From Anaeromyxobacteraceae bacterium (GTDB lineage: Bacteria > Myxococcota > Myxococcia > Myxococcales > Anaeromyxobacteraceae): a stretch of DNA of 64,000 bases. Made by a program: the position numbers and the translations under genes. The DNA is taken from positions 131,853-195,852 of the forward strand of contig JAULAX010000013.1 of assembly GCA_032654565.1 (NCBI GenBank), in the 5' to 3' direction. How positions within the stretch are numbered: position 1 is the first letter of the stretch; each line of letters opens with the position of its first letter. The notes under the pieces were generated by a model. It did no database searches. It worked only from the letters and a program-made list of their open reading frames with translations, and was not told the DNA's origin. This document shows, in pieces, positions 10,086 through 19,715 of this stretch.

Positions 10086-11060
10086 CTACAACGAGATGCC
10101 CGCCCGTGGATCCCCCTTGTAGAGCGGGCCGAGCGCCTTGACCGCCTCGGAGAGCGCCGGACCGGCCTCCGGGAGCACCAGCTTGACCACCGCGTAGAGG
10201 TCGCCGCGCGGGCCGCCGCGCAGGTCGGGGAGCCCCTGGCCGCGCAGCCGGATCTGCTTCCCCGACGGGGTCCCGGCGCCGACGGTGAAGCGCACCTTCC
10301 CCTCGAAGGTGGGCAGATCCACCTCGGCCCCGTTCACCACCTCGGGCACGGTGAGGGGGAGGTCGAGGTAGAGATCCTTCCCCTCGACGCGCACCAGCGG
10401 GTGGGGGCGGAGCCGGACCCGCAGCAGCAGGTCGCCGTCGGGGCCGCCGTGGGTCCCGGGCCCGCCCTGGCCGGCGAGGCGGATGCGGGCGCCCTCGGCG
10501 GTGCCCGGCTTGATGGTGACCCGCAGGGTGCGGGCCCCGAGCCGCACGTCGCGCTCGGCTCCCACCACGGCGTCGCGGAGCTCCAGCTCCAGGTCGGCCT
10601 CGAGGTCGTCGCCGGGGCGGGGCTCGGCGCGGCGTCCCGGGCCGTGGCCGGGGCCGGCGCGCCCGCGCCCCTGCTGGCCGAAGATGGTCTCGAAGATGGA
10701 GCCGAAGTCGACCGGGCCGTACCCCTCGACGTTGACCGACGAGAAGTCGCCGAAGTCGGAGGGCTGCCCGCCCGGCGGCCCGCCCGACCGGCGCCAGCGC
10801 CGGACCTCCTCGGCGCGCTTCTCGTCGAAGCCGGTGCGGAGCGAGTCCGGCCCGAACTCGTCGTAGAGGGCCCGGCGCTTCGGGTCGGAGAGCACCTCGG
10901 CGGCGGCCGCCGCCTCGCGGAAGCGCTCCACCGCCCCCTTGTTCCCGGGGTTGACGTCGGGGTGGTGCTGCCGGGCCAGCTTGCGGTAGGCCTTCTTGAT
11001 CTCCTCCGGGGTCGCCGTGCGGGGGACGCCGAGGATCTGGTAGAGGTCGCGCTGGGCCAC
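10086..11060 (-). CDS. cbpA: DnaJ class II / CbpA-like co-chaperone
   Basis: J-domain with HPD, G/F-rich region, C-terminal DnaJ domain, no zinc-finger repeats. Confidence 0.85.
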   Translation of the reverse strand: MAQRDLYQILGVPRTATPEEIKKAYRKLARQHHPDVNPGNKGAVERFREAAAAAEVLSDPKRRALYDEFGPDSLRTGFDEKRAEEVRRWRRSGGPPGGQPSDFGDFSSVNVEGYGPVDFGSIFETIFGQQGRGRAGPGHGPGRRAEPRPGDDLEADLELELRDAVVGAERDVRLGARTLRVTIKPGTAEGARIRLAGQGGPGTHGGPDGDLLLRVRLRPHPLVRVEGKDLYLDLPLTVPEVVNGAEVDLPTFEGKVRFTVGAGTPSGKQIRLRGQGLPDLRGGPRGDLYAVVKLVLPEAGPALSEAVKALGPLYKGDPRAGISL

Positions 11061-11066
11061 ACCGGC

Positions 11067-11126
11067 AAGGTAACGCGTCGTGGCGGCGCGTCAATGGCCG
11101 ACACCGGGGCCGACCTGGATTAGCAT
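11067..11126. promoter_or_regulatory. Divergent promoters for cbpA (-) and the SurA-like gene (+)
   Basis: Minus strand TTGACG(11094-11089)-N16-TACCTT(11072-11067), 6 nt before GTG; plus strand TAGCAT(11121-11126), 6 nt before ATG. Confidence 0.5.
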
Positions 11127-11132
11127 GGCGCC

Positions 11133-11804
11133 ATGCTCGCCCCAGGCCTGCTGCTGCTGCTCGCCGCCGCCCCGCTGGCCCGCCCCGCCAACGCGGGCGA
11201 GGTGCTGGAGCGGGTGGTGGCGGTGGTCCGCAACCCCGCCAGCGCCGCCCCGCGGCCGCTGACGCTGACCCGGCTCGACGAGGAGGCGCGGGTGACGCTG
11301 GTCTCGCAGGGGGCCATGCAGGCCGCCTTCGCCCCCCTCGACACCGCGGCCCGCCGGGCGGCGCTGCGCTGGCTCCTCGACCAGTGGCTGGTGGCCGACG
11401 AGGCGGCGCGGCTCAAGGTGGACGAGGTGCCGCGCCAGGAGGTCCAGGGGGCGCTCGAGGCCTTCCGGCGGCGCTTCGCCAGCGAGGGGGAGTACCGCCG
11501 CTTCCTCGCCACGCTGGAGCTGCAGGAGGAGGAGCTGGCCACCATCCTGGGGCGGGGGCTGCGGGTGCAGCGCTTCATCGACAGCCGGCTGGGGCGCAGC
11601 TCCCGGGTCAGCGAGGACGAGGTCTCGCGCTGGCTGGCGGGGCAGGGGACGCTGGCCCCGACCCCGGCGGAGCGGGACGCGGCGCGGGTCCGGGTGGCGG
11701 CGGAGCGGGCCCAGGGGCAGGTGAAGCAGCTCCTCGCCGAGCTGCGATCCCGGGCCGACATCCGCGTGCTGGTGCCGGAGCTGCGCGAGGAGCCGGCCCG
11801 GTGA
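11133..11804 (+). CDS. Periplasmic SurA N-terminal-domain-like chaperone
   Basis: Signal peptide then EVLERVVAVV; helical body; ends LAELRSRADIRV as in SurA/PrsA folds; no PPIase domain. Confidence 0.65.
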   Translation: MLAPGLLLLLAAAPLARPANAGEVLERVVAVVRNPASAAPRPLTLTRLDEEARVTLVSQGAMQAAFAPLDTAARRAALRWLLDQWLVADEAARLKVDEVPRQEVQGALEAFRRRFASEGEYRRFLATLELQEEELATILGRGLRVQRFIDSRLGRSSRVSEDEVSRWLAGQGTLAPTPAERDAARVRVAAERAQGQVKQLLAELRSRADIRVLVPELREEPAR

Positions 11805-12286
11805 GCGGAGCCGGCGCCCTGCGCTTCCGGCCGGTGGTGGAGGCCGACCTGCCGCGGATCATGGAGATCGAGGCGGCCGGCTTCCCCCACCCCTGGTCGG
11901 AGGCGCTGCTCCGCAACGAGCTGGGCCACGCCTGGTCCCACCTGCTGGCGGCGGTGGCGCCGGTGGCGCCGGTGGCCGCGGGCGGCGAGCGGATCCTCGG
12001 GTACATCATCTTCTGGATGGTCCACGACGAGGTGCACGTCCTCAACGTCGGCACCGCCCCCGAGGCCCGCCGGCGCGGGGTGGGGCGGGCGCTGATGGAC
12101 CAGGCGGCGGCCATCGGGCGGGGGAAGGGGGGGCGGCTCTCGACGCTGGAGGTGCGCCGCTCCAACGCCCCGGCCATCGCCCTCTACCGCGCCCTCGGCT
12201 ACCGGGAGGTGGGGGTGCGGCCGCGCTACTACGCCGAGGAGAACGAGGACGCGATCGTCATGACCCTGGAGTTCGATCCGCGGTAG
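11801..12286 (+). CDS. rimI: Ribosomal protein S18 alanine N-acetyltransferase
   Basis: GTGA overlap; FPHPWS, RRRGVGRAL, LEVRRSNAPAIALY, RPRYY...EDAIVM. Confidence 0.9.
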   Translation: MSGAGALRFRPVVEADLPRIMEIEAAGFPHPWSEALLRNELGHAWSHLLAAVAPVAPVAAGGERILGYIIFWMVHDEVHVLNVGTAPEARRRGVGRALMDQAAAIGRGKGGRLSTLEVRRSNAPAIALYRALGYREVGVRPRYYAEENEDAIVMTLEFDPR

Positions 12287-12297
12287 ACCGTTGGCCC

Positions 12298-13395
12298 ATG
12301 CGCTGGCGCCTGCTCCGCTGGATCCTCTTCCGCTTCGACCCCGAGACCATCCACCGCCTGGCCCATCGCCTGCTGCGGCTGGTGCCGCCGGCGCTGGCCC
12401 GGTGGCGGCGGCCCCGCCCGGACCCGCGGCTGCGGGTGCGCTGCCTGGGGCTGGAGTTCGACAGCCCCATCGGCCTGGCGGCCGGCTTCGACAAGGGGGA
12501 CGTCGCGGTGGCGGCGCTGCTGGGCATGGGCTTCTCCCACCTGGAGATCGGCACCATCACCCCCCGGCCGCAGGCCGGCAACGAGCGGCCGCGCATCTTC
12601 CGGCTGCCGGAGCACCGGGCCCTGATCAACCGGATGGGGTTCAACAACGAGGGGGCGGCGGCCTGCGCGGCCCGGCTGGCGGCGCTGGACCCGGCGGCCC
12701 GCACCGGGCGGGTCGGGATCAACGTCGGCAAGAATAAGGCGACGCCCAACGAGCAGGCGGTGGACGACTACCTGGCCTGCCTCGAGGCGCTGCACGGGTA
12801 CGCCGACTACCTGGTGGTCAACATCTCCTCGCCCAACACGCCGGGGCTGCGCCAGCTGCAGGAGCGCGACGCCCTCGACCGGCTGCTGCGGGCCTGCGTG
12901 GCCCGGCTGAAGGCGCTGGCCCCCGGCAAGGGGCTGGTGGTCAAGCTGGCCCCCGACCTCGAGCCCGAGGCGCTCGACGAGGCGGTCGACGTGGCCATCG
13001 CCGCCGGGGTGGCCGCCATCGCCGCCACCAACACCACGCTCTCCCGGGCCGGGGTGGAGGGTCACCCGCGGGCCGGTGAGGCGGGGGGCCTCTCCGGGGC
13101 GCCGCTCACCGACCGGTCGACCGAGGTGATCCGGCGGGTGGCGGCCCGCGCCGCCGGCCGCGTCCCCGTCATCGGCTCGGGTGGGGTGATGTCGGCCGAG
13201 GACGCCTGGGCCAAGCTCCGGGCCGGGGCGACGCTGGTTCAGGTCTACACCGGCTTCATCTACGGCGGGCCCGGGTTTGCCTCGGAGCTCAACGCCGGGC
13301 TCTGCAGGTTGATGGAGCGGGACGGCTTCGGGTCGATCGAGGAGGCCATCGGGGCGGACCAGAAGGGGCGTCCCTGCGACAACGCGTCGCGTTAG
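12298..13395 (+). CDS. pyrD: Dihydroorotate dehydrogenase (quinone)
   Basis: GLAAGFDK, GTITPRPQAGN, INRMGFNN, VNISSPNTPGLR, VKLAPDL, GGLSGAPL. Confidence 0.95.
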   Translation: MRWRLLRWILFRFDPETIHRLAHRLLRLVPPALARWRRPRPDPRLRVRCLGLEFDSPIGLAAGFDKGDVAVAALLGMGFSHLEIGTITPRPQAGNERPRIFRLPEHRALINRMGFNNEGAAACAARLAALDPAARTGRVGINVGKNKATPNEQAVDDYLACLEALHGYADYLVVNISSPNTPGLRQLQERDALDRLLRACVARLKALAPGKGLVVKLAPDLEPEALDEAVDVAIAAGVAAIAATNTTLSRAGVEGHPRAGEAGGLSGAPLTDRSTEVIRRVAARAAGRVPVIGSGGVMSAEDAWAKLRAGATLVQVYTGFIYGGPGFASELNAGLCRLMERDGFGSIEEAIGADQKGRPCDNASR

Positions 13396-13396
13396 A

Positions 13397-13425
13397 TTGA
13401 CGCGACGCAGCAGAGAGAGCAAGCT
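13397..13425 (+). promoter_or_regulatory. Putative sigma70 promoter
   Basis: TTGACG-N17-CAAGCT upstream of 13482. Confidence 0.4.
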
Positions 13426-13481
13426 TCCGCCCCTGCTGGTCGTGGCGGCCTTCCGTCGCCAGACCTAGAGCGGGGGACGAC

Positions 13482-13901
13482 ATGGGCGACACGCGCAAGA
13501 GCAGCGGCACCGGCAACGTCAAGGTTCAGGAACTGCTGAAGGAACTGGCCAAGAAGGGGAAGGCCGGCCGCAAGGAGGTCGAGGCGATCATCGAGAAGGT
13601 GGTGGCCGAGGCCAAGGTGGACGCAAGGCTGGCCGACCTCCGCGGCAAGGTGGAGCTGCTCCAGAAGACCGGCCTGGAGCGGACCAAGATGTGGCGTGGC
13701 AAGGCCGATTCCTTCCGTGCCGACGCGCTGGAGCGTATGGTCGATATCCAGGGGAAGGTCGTGTCGTTTCTGGGGGTTGCGACCCGGGAGCAGGTCGAGG
13801 AGCTGCACCATGAGCTCGAGCGGCTTGCCAAGCGGGTCGAGAGCGGGCAAAAGGCCCGGCCGGCCAGGAAGGCCGCGCCCAAGGGGGAGGGGAAGGCATG
13901 A
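13482..13901 (+). CDS. Phasin/PhaF-like coiled-coil protein
   Basis: FLGVATREQVEELHHELERLAKRVE resembles the PhaI/PhaF core; Lys/Ala-rich tail. Confidence 0.55.
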   Translation: MGDTRKSSGTGNVKVQELLKELAKKGKAGRKEVEAIIEKVVAEAKVDARLADLRGKVELLQKTGLERTKMWRGKADSFRADALERMVDIQGKVVSFLGVATREQVEELHHELERLAKRVESGQKARPARKAAPKGEGKA

Positions 13902-13956
13902 GCGAAGTCCGGGGGGATTCCGCGACGGTGTGGGCTGAAGGCCGCGCCGGCGTGGG

Positions 13957-14664
13957 ATGTCGATCGACGTGATCGGCTCGACCGTCAGGGGGGCGGTCCG
14001 GTTCGGTCTGGCGGCGGTCATCGGCGTGGCCGCCCTGGCCACGCCGGGGAACCTCTCCGACCAGGCCCGGAAGCGCCGTCCCGCCGAGCCGGAGCTGGGA
14101 GCCTGCCTCGCCGCCGGCTGCCCCGCTGCGCTCCACGAGCGGCAGGTGGCCCGGATCGAGGACTACCTCTTCGTCAGGATGCCCGGGCTCGACCCGGCGC
14201 TGCACGAAGACCTGGCCCGGGCCATCCTCACCGAGGCCGAGGCGGTCCAGGTCGACCCGCTGCTGGTGCTGGCGGTCATCGAGGTCGAGTCGCGGTACGA
14301 CCCGGCGGCGGTGAGCGGCGCCGGGGCGCTCGGGCTGATGCAGCTGCTCCCCGGGACCATGCAGCGGGAGGCCGGTGAGCTGGGGCTGGACGCCAGCGAC
14401 CCGCACCACCCGGTGGCCAACGTCCGGGCCGGCGTGCGCTACCTGCACCGCTGCCTGGAGAGCTACCCGGACCAGGACGTGGCGCTGATGGCCTACAACG
14501 CCGGCCCCAACCGGCTCTACGGCTGGATCCAGGCCGGGTCGGTCCCCGCCGAGGTGGTGGGGTACGCCCGGCGGGTGCTGGCCGAGCATCGCCGGCTGCG
14601 ACGCGCCCTGCCCGACGAGCCGGGCCCGCGCTTCGCCGTGGCGAGCGGCCCGCTGGGCGGCTGA
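13957..14664 (+). CDS. Lytic transglycosylase (SLT domain)
   Basis: AVIEVESRYDPAAVS, GALGLMQL, AYNAG. Confidence 0.9.
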   Translation: MSIDVIGSTVRGAVRFGLAAVIGVAALATPGNLSDQARKRRPAEPELGACLAAGCPAALHERQVARIEDYLFVRMPGLDPALHEDLARAILTEAEAVQVDPLLVLAVIEVESRYDPAAVSGAGALGLMQLLPGTMQREAGELGLDASDPHHPVANVRAGVRYLHRCLESYPDQDVALMAYNAGPNRLYGWIQAGSVPAEVVGYARRVLAEHRRLRRALPDEPGPRFAVASGPLGG

Positions 14665-15296
14665 TGCGGGTCACCGAGATCTTCCAGAGCATCCAGGGGG
14701 AAGGGACCCGGGCGGGCCGGCCCTGCGCCTTCGTGCGCTTCACCGGGTGCGACCTGCGCTGCACCTGGTGCGACAGCGCCTACGCCTTCCACGGCGGCGT
14801 CGAGCGGTCGCGAGCGTCGATCCTGGAGGAGCTGAACGCGATGCGGCTGCGCCACGTCTGCCTGACCGGGGGGGAGCCGCTGCTGCAGCCGGACCTGCCC
14901 GAGCTGTGCGGGGAGCTGCTGGCGGCCGGCTGGGAGGTGACCGTGGAGACGCACGGCCAGCGCGACGCCGAGCGGCTGCCGCCCGGGGTGGTGAGGATCT
15001 TCGACGTCAAGCCGCCCGGATCGGGCGAGGAGACCCGCGACTTCGGCTACCTGGAGCGGCTGCGGCCGGGCGACGAGGTGAAGTTCGTGGTGGCCTCGGC
15101 GGAGGACTTCGCCTGGTCGGTCGAGGTGGCCCGGCGTCATCACCTGCCGGGGCGGGCGGCCGTCCTCTTCTCGCCGGTTGTGCCGGCGGTGGAGCCGCGG
15201 GCGCTGGTGGCCTGGCTGCTGGCCTCCGGGATCGAGGCCCGCCTCTCCCTGCAGCTGCACAAGTACATCTGGGGTCCGGACGTCCACGGGGTCTGA
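14664..15296 (+). CDS. queE: 7-carboxy-7-deazaguanine synthase (radical SAM)
   Basis: EIFQSIQGEG, CDLRCTWCD, TGGEPLLQ, LQLHKYIW. Confidence 0.9.
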   Translation: MRVTEIFQSIQGEGTRAGRPCAFVRFTGCDLRCTWCDSAYAFHGGVERSRASILEELNAMRLRHVCLTGGEPLLQPDLPELCGELLAAGWEVTVETHGQRDAERLPPGVVRIFDVKPPGSGEETRDFGYLERLRPGDEVKFVVASAEDFAWSVEVARRHHLPGRAAVLFSPVVPAVEPRALVAWLLASGIEARLSLQLHKYIWGPDVHGV

Positions 15297-15372
15297 GGCG
15301 CCGGTCGCCCGGGCCAGGCGGGGCGGAAGGTTCCGGCCCCCTCGGGAGTTACCCTGTCGAGGTCCCTCGATG

Positions 15373-15447
15373 ACTCTGGGACGGGCCACAACTACTCTGG
15401 GACGGGAAGGGACTGCCTTGACGCGGCACGTCTCCAGTTGCTAGAAA
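15373..15447 (+). promoter_or_regulatory. 13-bp direct repeat pair plus sigma70-like promoter
   Basis: ACTCTGGGACGGG at 15373-15385 and 15394-15406; TTGACG 15418-15423, TAGAAA 15442-15447. Confidence 0.55.
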
Positions 15448-15456
15448 CGCCAACAG

Positions 15457-16134
15457 ATGCGCTCACTTGCCATTCTTCTCGCCGCCGTGGCCCTCGCCGG
15501 CCCCTCGCCAACCCTGGCGGGGCCCGGGGTCACGCTCAACGGCGTGAGCATCGCCGGCGTGTCCAACCAGAAGTTCGAGAACGTCACCGTGGTCATCGAC
15601 GCCCAGGGCAACCTGGACATCCAGGCCAAGGGCTACGCCGCCCGGGTGGCCGGGGCCACGCCGCCCGCCGCACCGCCCCCGGCCTCGCCGCCGCCCGCCG
15701 CGCCGCCGCCCGCCGCGCCGCCGCCCGCCGGGTCGGGGACGGTGGCCAGCGCCCCCGCCGCCGCCAACGGCCGCCTGGCCCGCCGCTACTTCCTCGCCAC
15801 CGAGCAGAGCCAGCCCGACGCCACCCAGTACGACGTCGAGGTCTTCATCAACGCCAGCTGGATCCGGGTGGTGAAGTCCACCGACCCCCAGGTGGTCACC
15901 GAGATCACCCGCTACCTGCGCCCCGGCACCAACAAGGTGACGCTCTCCTGCACCAAGCGGCTGCAGGGCGTGGAGCGGCGCAACTACGGCGCCGAGGTGA
16001 CGCTCAAGGTGGTGGTGGGGGCGGGGAACGTCGGCGGCGACCACGTCATGATCGACGACCCGCTGGCGGTGATGACGCGCACCGCCGCCGAGGTGGATGA
16101 CAAGGTGGAGGAGTTCGTCTTCGAAGCGCGGTAG
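15457..16134 (+). CDS. Secreted hypothetical protein with Pro/Ala linker between two beta-rich domains
   Basis: Signal peptide; (PPPAA)n linker encoded at about 15660-15730. Confidence 0.7.
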   Translation: MRSLAILLAAVALAGPSPTLAGPGVTLNGVSIAGVSNQKFENVTVVIDAQGNLDIQAKGYAARVAGATPPAAPPPASPPPAAPPPAAPPPAGSGTVASAPAAANGRLARRYFLATEQSQPDATQYDVEVFINASWIRVVKSTDPQVVTEITRYLRPGTNKVTLSCTKRLQGVERRNYGAEVTLKVVVGAGNVGGDHVMIDDPLAVMTRTAAEVDDKVEEFVFEAR

Positions 16135-16167
16135 TCTCGTCAGGCACGTTCGTTGGGGGGTGGCCGC

Positions 16168-16635
16168 GTGTTCACGCCGGAGCCGAGCATCCAGTTCGTC
16201 CCCTCCACCCGCGAGCAGGTGGTGGCCATCATCGAGGCCATCAACCAGCCGCAGATCTCCATCCCCGGCAAGGAGCCGCAGGCGGTCCAGGGGGTGCTCT
16301 GCAGCCTGCGCAACGCCAACGGCAGCTTCTCCATCGTGGTGGCGCTCCACCTGCCGCGCACCGGCGAGAACGTCATCTACCTCCACGAGAAGCGACAGCT
16401 CTCCGCCGAGGAGTATCGCGAGGTGCAGGACGCCGGGCTCCACTTCCTCGAGTCGATGGGCTTCATGCTCGACAACCTCAACTTCAGGAACATGACCCCG
16501 GCGCTCCAGGACGAGACCATGAAGCGGCTGCCGCTCTTCTCCCCGGCCCGCCCTCCCGGGGCCGCCGTCACCACCGCCGAGCAGGGGGCCGCCGCCGGGA
16601 CGCTCCGGGTGGCCCGGCTCCTCTCCTCCTTCTGA
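16168..16635 (+). CDS. Hypothetical protein upstream of tgl
   Basis: Strong GC3 codon bias; GTG start chosen; FLESMGFMLDN segment; adjacent to tgl-like gene. Confidence 0.65.
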   Translation: MFTPEPSIQFVPSTREQVVAIIEAINQPQISIPGKEPQAVQGVLCSLRNANGSFSIVVALHLPRTGENVIYLHEKRQLSAEEYREVQDAGLHFLESMGFMLDNLNFRNMTPALQDETMKRLPLFSPARPPGAAVTTAEQGAAAGTLRVARLLSSF

Positions 16636-16645
16636 ACGGATCGAC

Positions 16646-17404
16646 ATGACCCGCCTCCGCGCCCTGCACCTCGCCGCCCCGCTGCTGGTCCTCGTCGCCG
16701 GCTGCGCCCACGGCCCCTCGCTCAAGGAGCAGAAGACCGCCGAGATCCACAACGACCTGGCGGTGGAGGCGCTGCGCGCCGGGCGGTCGCAGGAGGCGCT
16801 CAGGGAGTACGACGTCGCCCTGGCCGCCGATCCGGAGATGCCCGAGGCGCTGATGGGGCGCGGCCTGGTGATGGAGTACGGGTTCGGCAAGCTGGCCGAG
16901 GCCGAGGCCAACTACCGGAAGGCCCTGCTCGTCCGGCCCGCCTACCCCGAGGTCCACAACAACCTCGGCCAGCTGCTGGCCAAGACCGGGCGGACGGCCG
17001 AGGCGCTCGCCGAGTTCGACAAGGCCCTCGACATCAACCTCTACATGGAGCCCTGGGTGGCCCGCTGCAACAAGGGCCAGACCCTCCACCGCATGGGGCG
17101 CCACGAGGAGGGGCTGGCCGAGCTGCGCACCTGCCTACGCATCGCCCCCAGGTACTGCCAGGGGCGGCGCGAGCTGGGCCGGATCCTGCTGGCCGACGGG
17201 AAGGTCAGCGAGGCCACCGTCGAGCTGGAGAGCTACGCCCGCGCCTGTCCGCTGTTCGCCGACGCCCAGCTGCAGCTCGGGCTGGCCAAGGTCAAGGGGA
17301 GCGACGCCGCCGGTGCCCGGGCCGCCTTCGAGAAGTGCGAGGGGATGGCCGGCGAGACGCCCGAGGGCGACGAGTGCCGCAAGATGCTCCAGCTGCTGAA
17401 GTAG
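16646..17404 (+). CDS. tgl: TPR lipoprotein pilotin for type IV pilus secretin (Tgl/PilF/PilW)
   Basis: Lipobox VAGC, multiple TPRs (EVHNNLGQLL), C-terminal Cys pairs, followed by RodZ-like HTH as in pilF loci. Confidence 0.8.
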   Translation: MTRLRALHLAAPLLVLVAGCAHGPSLKEQKTAEIHNDLAVEALRAGRSQEALREYDVALAADPEMPEALMGRGLVMEYGFGKLAEAEANYRKALLVRPAYPEVHNNLGQLLAKTGRTAEALAEFDKALDINLYMEPWVARCNKGQTLHRMGRHEEGLAELRTCLRIAPRYCQGRRELGRILLADGKVSEATVELESYARACPLFADAQLQLGLAKVKGSDAAGARAAFEKCEGMAGETPEGDECRKMLQLLK

Positions 17405-17415
17405 GGCCGCCGCGG

Positions 17416-17808
17416 ATGGCCGCCGAGGAGACCACCGCCGCCGGCCCGCTGCTGGCCTTTGGCCGTTGGCTGAAGCGGGAGCGGGAGCTGCGCGAGCTGG
17501 AGCGCGAGGACCTGGCCTCGGCCACCCGGCTCGGGCTCGGCGTCATCGAGGCGCTGGAGTCGGGCGACGAGGGGCGCATGCCGCCGCGCGCCTACGTGGT
17601 CGGCTACCTGCGCAGCTACGCCGCCGCCGCCGGCCTCGACGCCGACGAGCTGGTGCTGCGCTGGCAGGAGGCGGTCGGCCCCGGGCCGGAGGAGGCGCGG
17701 CGGCCGCGGGCGCGCCGCTGGCTCCCGCTGCTGGTGGCGGCGCTGGTGCTCGGGGCGGTCGGGGCCATGCTCCTCTCGGCGCTCTGGAGCGCCAGGCCGG
17801 GCGGGTGA
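17416..17808 (+). CDS. RodZ-like HTH membrane protein (short)
   Basis: FGRWLKRERE...IEALESGD...YVVGYLRSYA followed by a TM helix. Confidence 0.75.
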   Translation: MAAEETTAAGPLLAFGRWLKRERELRELEREDLASATRLGLGVIEALESGDEGRMPPRAYVVGYLRSYAAAAGLDADELVLRWQEAVGPGPEEARRPRARRWLPLLVAALVLGAVGAMLLSALWSARPGG

Positions 17809-17833
17809 GCCGGCCGGCCCGGCGGGGGACGCC

Positions 17834-18619
17834 GTGAGCGGGCGCTTCAAGCTGTCCGCGGTGGTCCTGCGCACCGTCGACTACGGCGAGGCCGACCGGG
17901 TGGTGACGCTGCTGAGCCGGGAGCGGGGCAAGCTGGTGGCCTTCGCCCGCGGCGCCCGGGCCTCGAAGCGCCGCTTCGGCGGCGGGCTCGAGCCCTTCAC
18001 GCTGGTGACCGCGGAGCTGGCCGAGCGGGGCGGCGGCGACGCCATGGCCCGGCTCGACTCGGTGTCGGTGGAGCGGGCCTTCCCCCACGTCCGCGGCGAC
18101 CTGGCCCGGATCGGCTGCGCCGCCTACGCCGCCGAGCTGGCCGGGGCGCTGGTGCGGGACCACGAGCCCCACGCCGCGCTCTTCGACCTGCTGGTGGCGT
18201 ACCTGGGCCGCCTCGACGCCGCTCCGGCCCGCCCGGCCGAGCTGCGGGTCTTCGAGCTCGGGGCGCTGGACGCCGCCGGGTTCCAGCCGCGGCTCGACGG
18301 CTGCGCCCGCTGCGGCGAGGCGGCCGGCGGGCCGGAGGAGGGCGAGGCGGGCGGGGCGGCCTTCTCCCCGGTCGACGGGGGGCTGCTCTGCGGGCGGTGC
18401 CAGGCCGGCGCGGTGGGGCTCACCCGGCTCGGCGCCGGGTCGGTGGCGGCGCTGCGGCGGCTCCAGCAGGGGGGCTTCGCCGCCGCCGGTGAGGGGCTCA
18501 CCCCGGCGGCCGGCCGGGAGCTGCGCGAGGCGCTCGGGCGGTTCGTGGAGCAGCTGATCGGCCACCGGCTCCAGGCCCGGCGCTTCCTCGACGAGGTGGC
18601 CTCGCTGCGCCAGGAGTGA
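17834..18619 (+). CDS. recO: DNA repair protein RecO
   Basis: VLRTVDYGEADRVVTLL, ARGARASKRRF, CxxC...CxxC zinc finger; precedes glyQS. Confidence 0.93.
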   Translation: MSGRFKLSAVVLRTVDYGEADRVVTLLSRERGKLVAFARGARASKRRFGGGLEPFTLVTAELAERGGGDAMARLDSVSVERAFPHVRGDLARIGCAAYAAELAGALVRDHEPHAALFDLLVAYLGRLDAAPARPAELRVFELGALDAAGFQPRLDGCARCGEAAGGPEEGEAGGAAFSPVDGGLLCGRCQAGAVGLTRLGAGSVAALRRLQQGGFAAAGEGLTPAAGRELREALGRFVEQLIGHRLQARRFLDEVASLRQE

Positions 18620-18688
18620 GCCGTCCGACCGGTCCGGCGGCCGGCCGGACCCCCGGTCCCGCGCGGGGCGGAGCCGGCAGCTTACCGT

Positions 18689-18717
18689 TTGACATCGCGG
18701 GGTTGGGACCATAGGTT
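18689..18717 (+). promoter_or_regulatory. sigma70 promoter of glyQS
   Basis: TTGACA-N17-TAGGTT. Confidence 0.7.
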
Positions 18718-18764
18718 GCACGGTCCATTCGGCCGATTCTCCACCCGTCGCGAGGAGCGATCGC

Positions 18765-19706
<942 letters not shown>

Positions 19707-19715
19707 GAGAGACCA

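Noticed and set aside
11952..11978. 9-bp tandem repeat in rimI
   Set aside because: In-frame VAP duplication in a loop; no sign of phase variation
14664..15296. queE as part of a 7-deazaguanine DNA-modification (Dpd) island
   Set aside because: No dpdA/tgt-like, queC/queD or mobile-element context nearby
15424..15441. sigma54 promoter (CGGCAC...TTGC)
   Set aside because: GG-to-GC spacing is 13 nt rather than the required 10
15655..15732. GC-rich tandem repeats
   Set aside because: Simply encode the (PPPAA)n linker of the CDS
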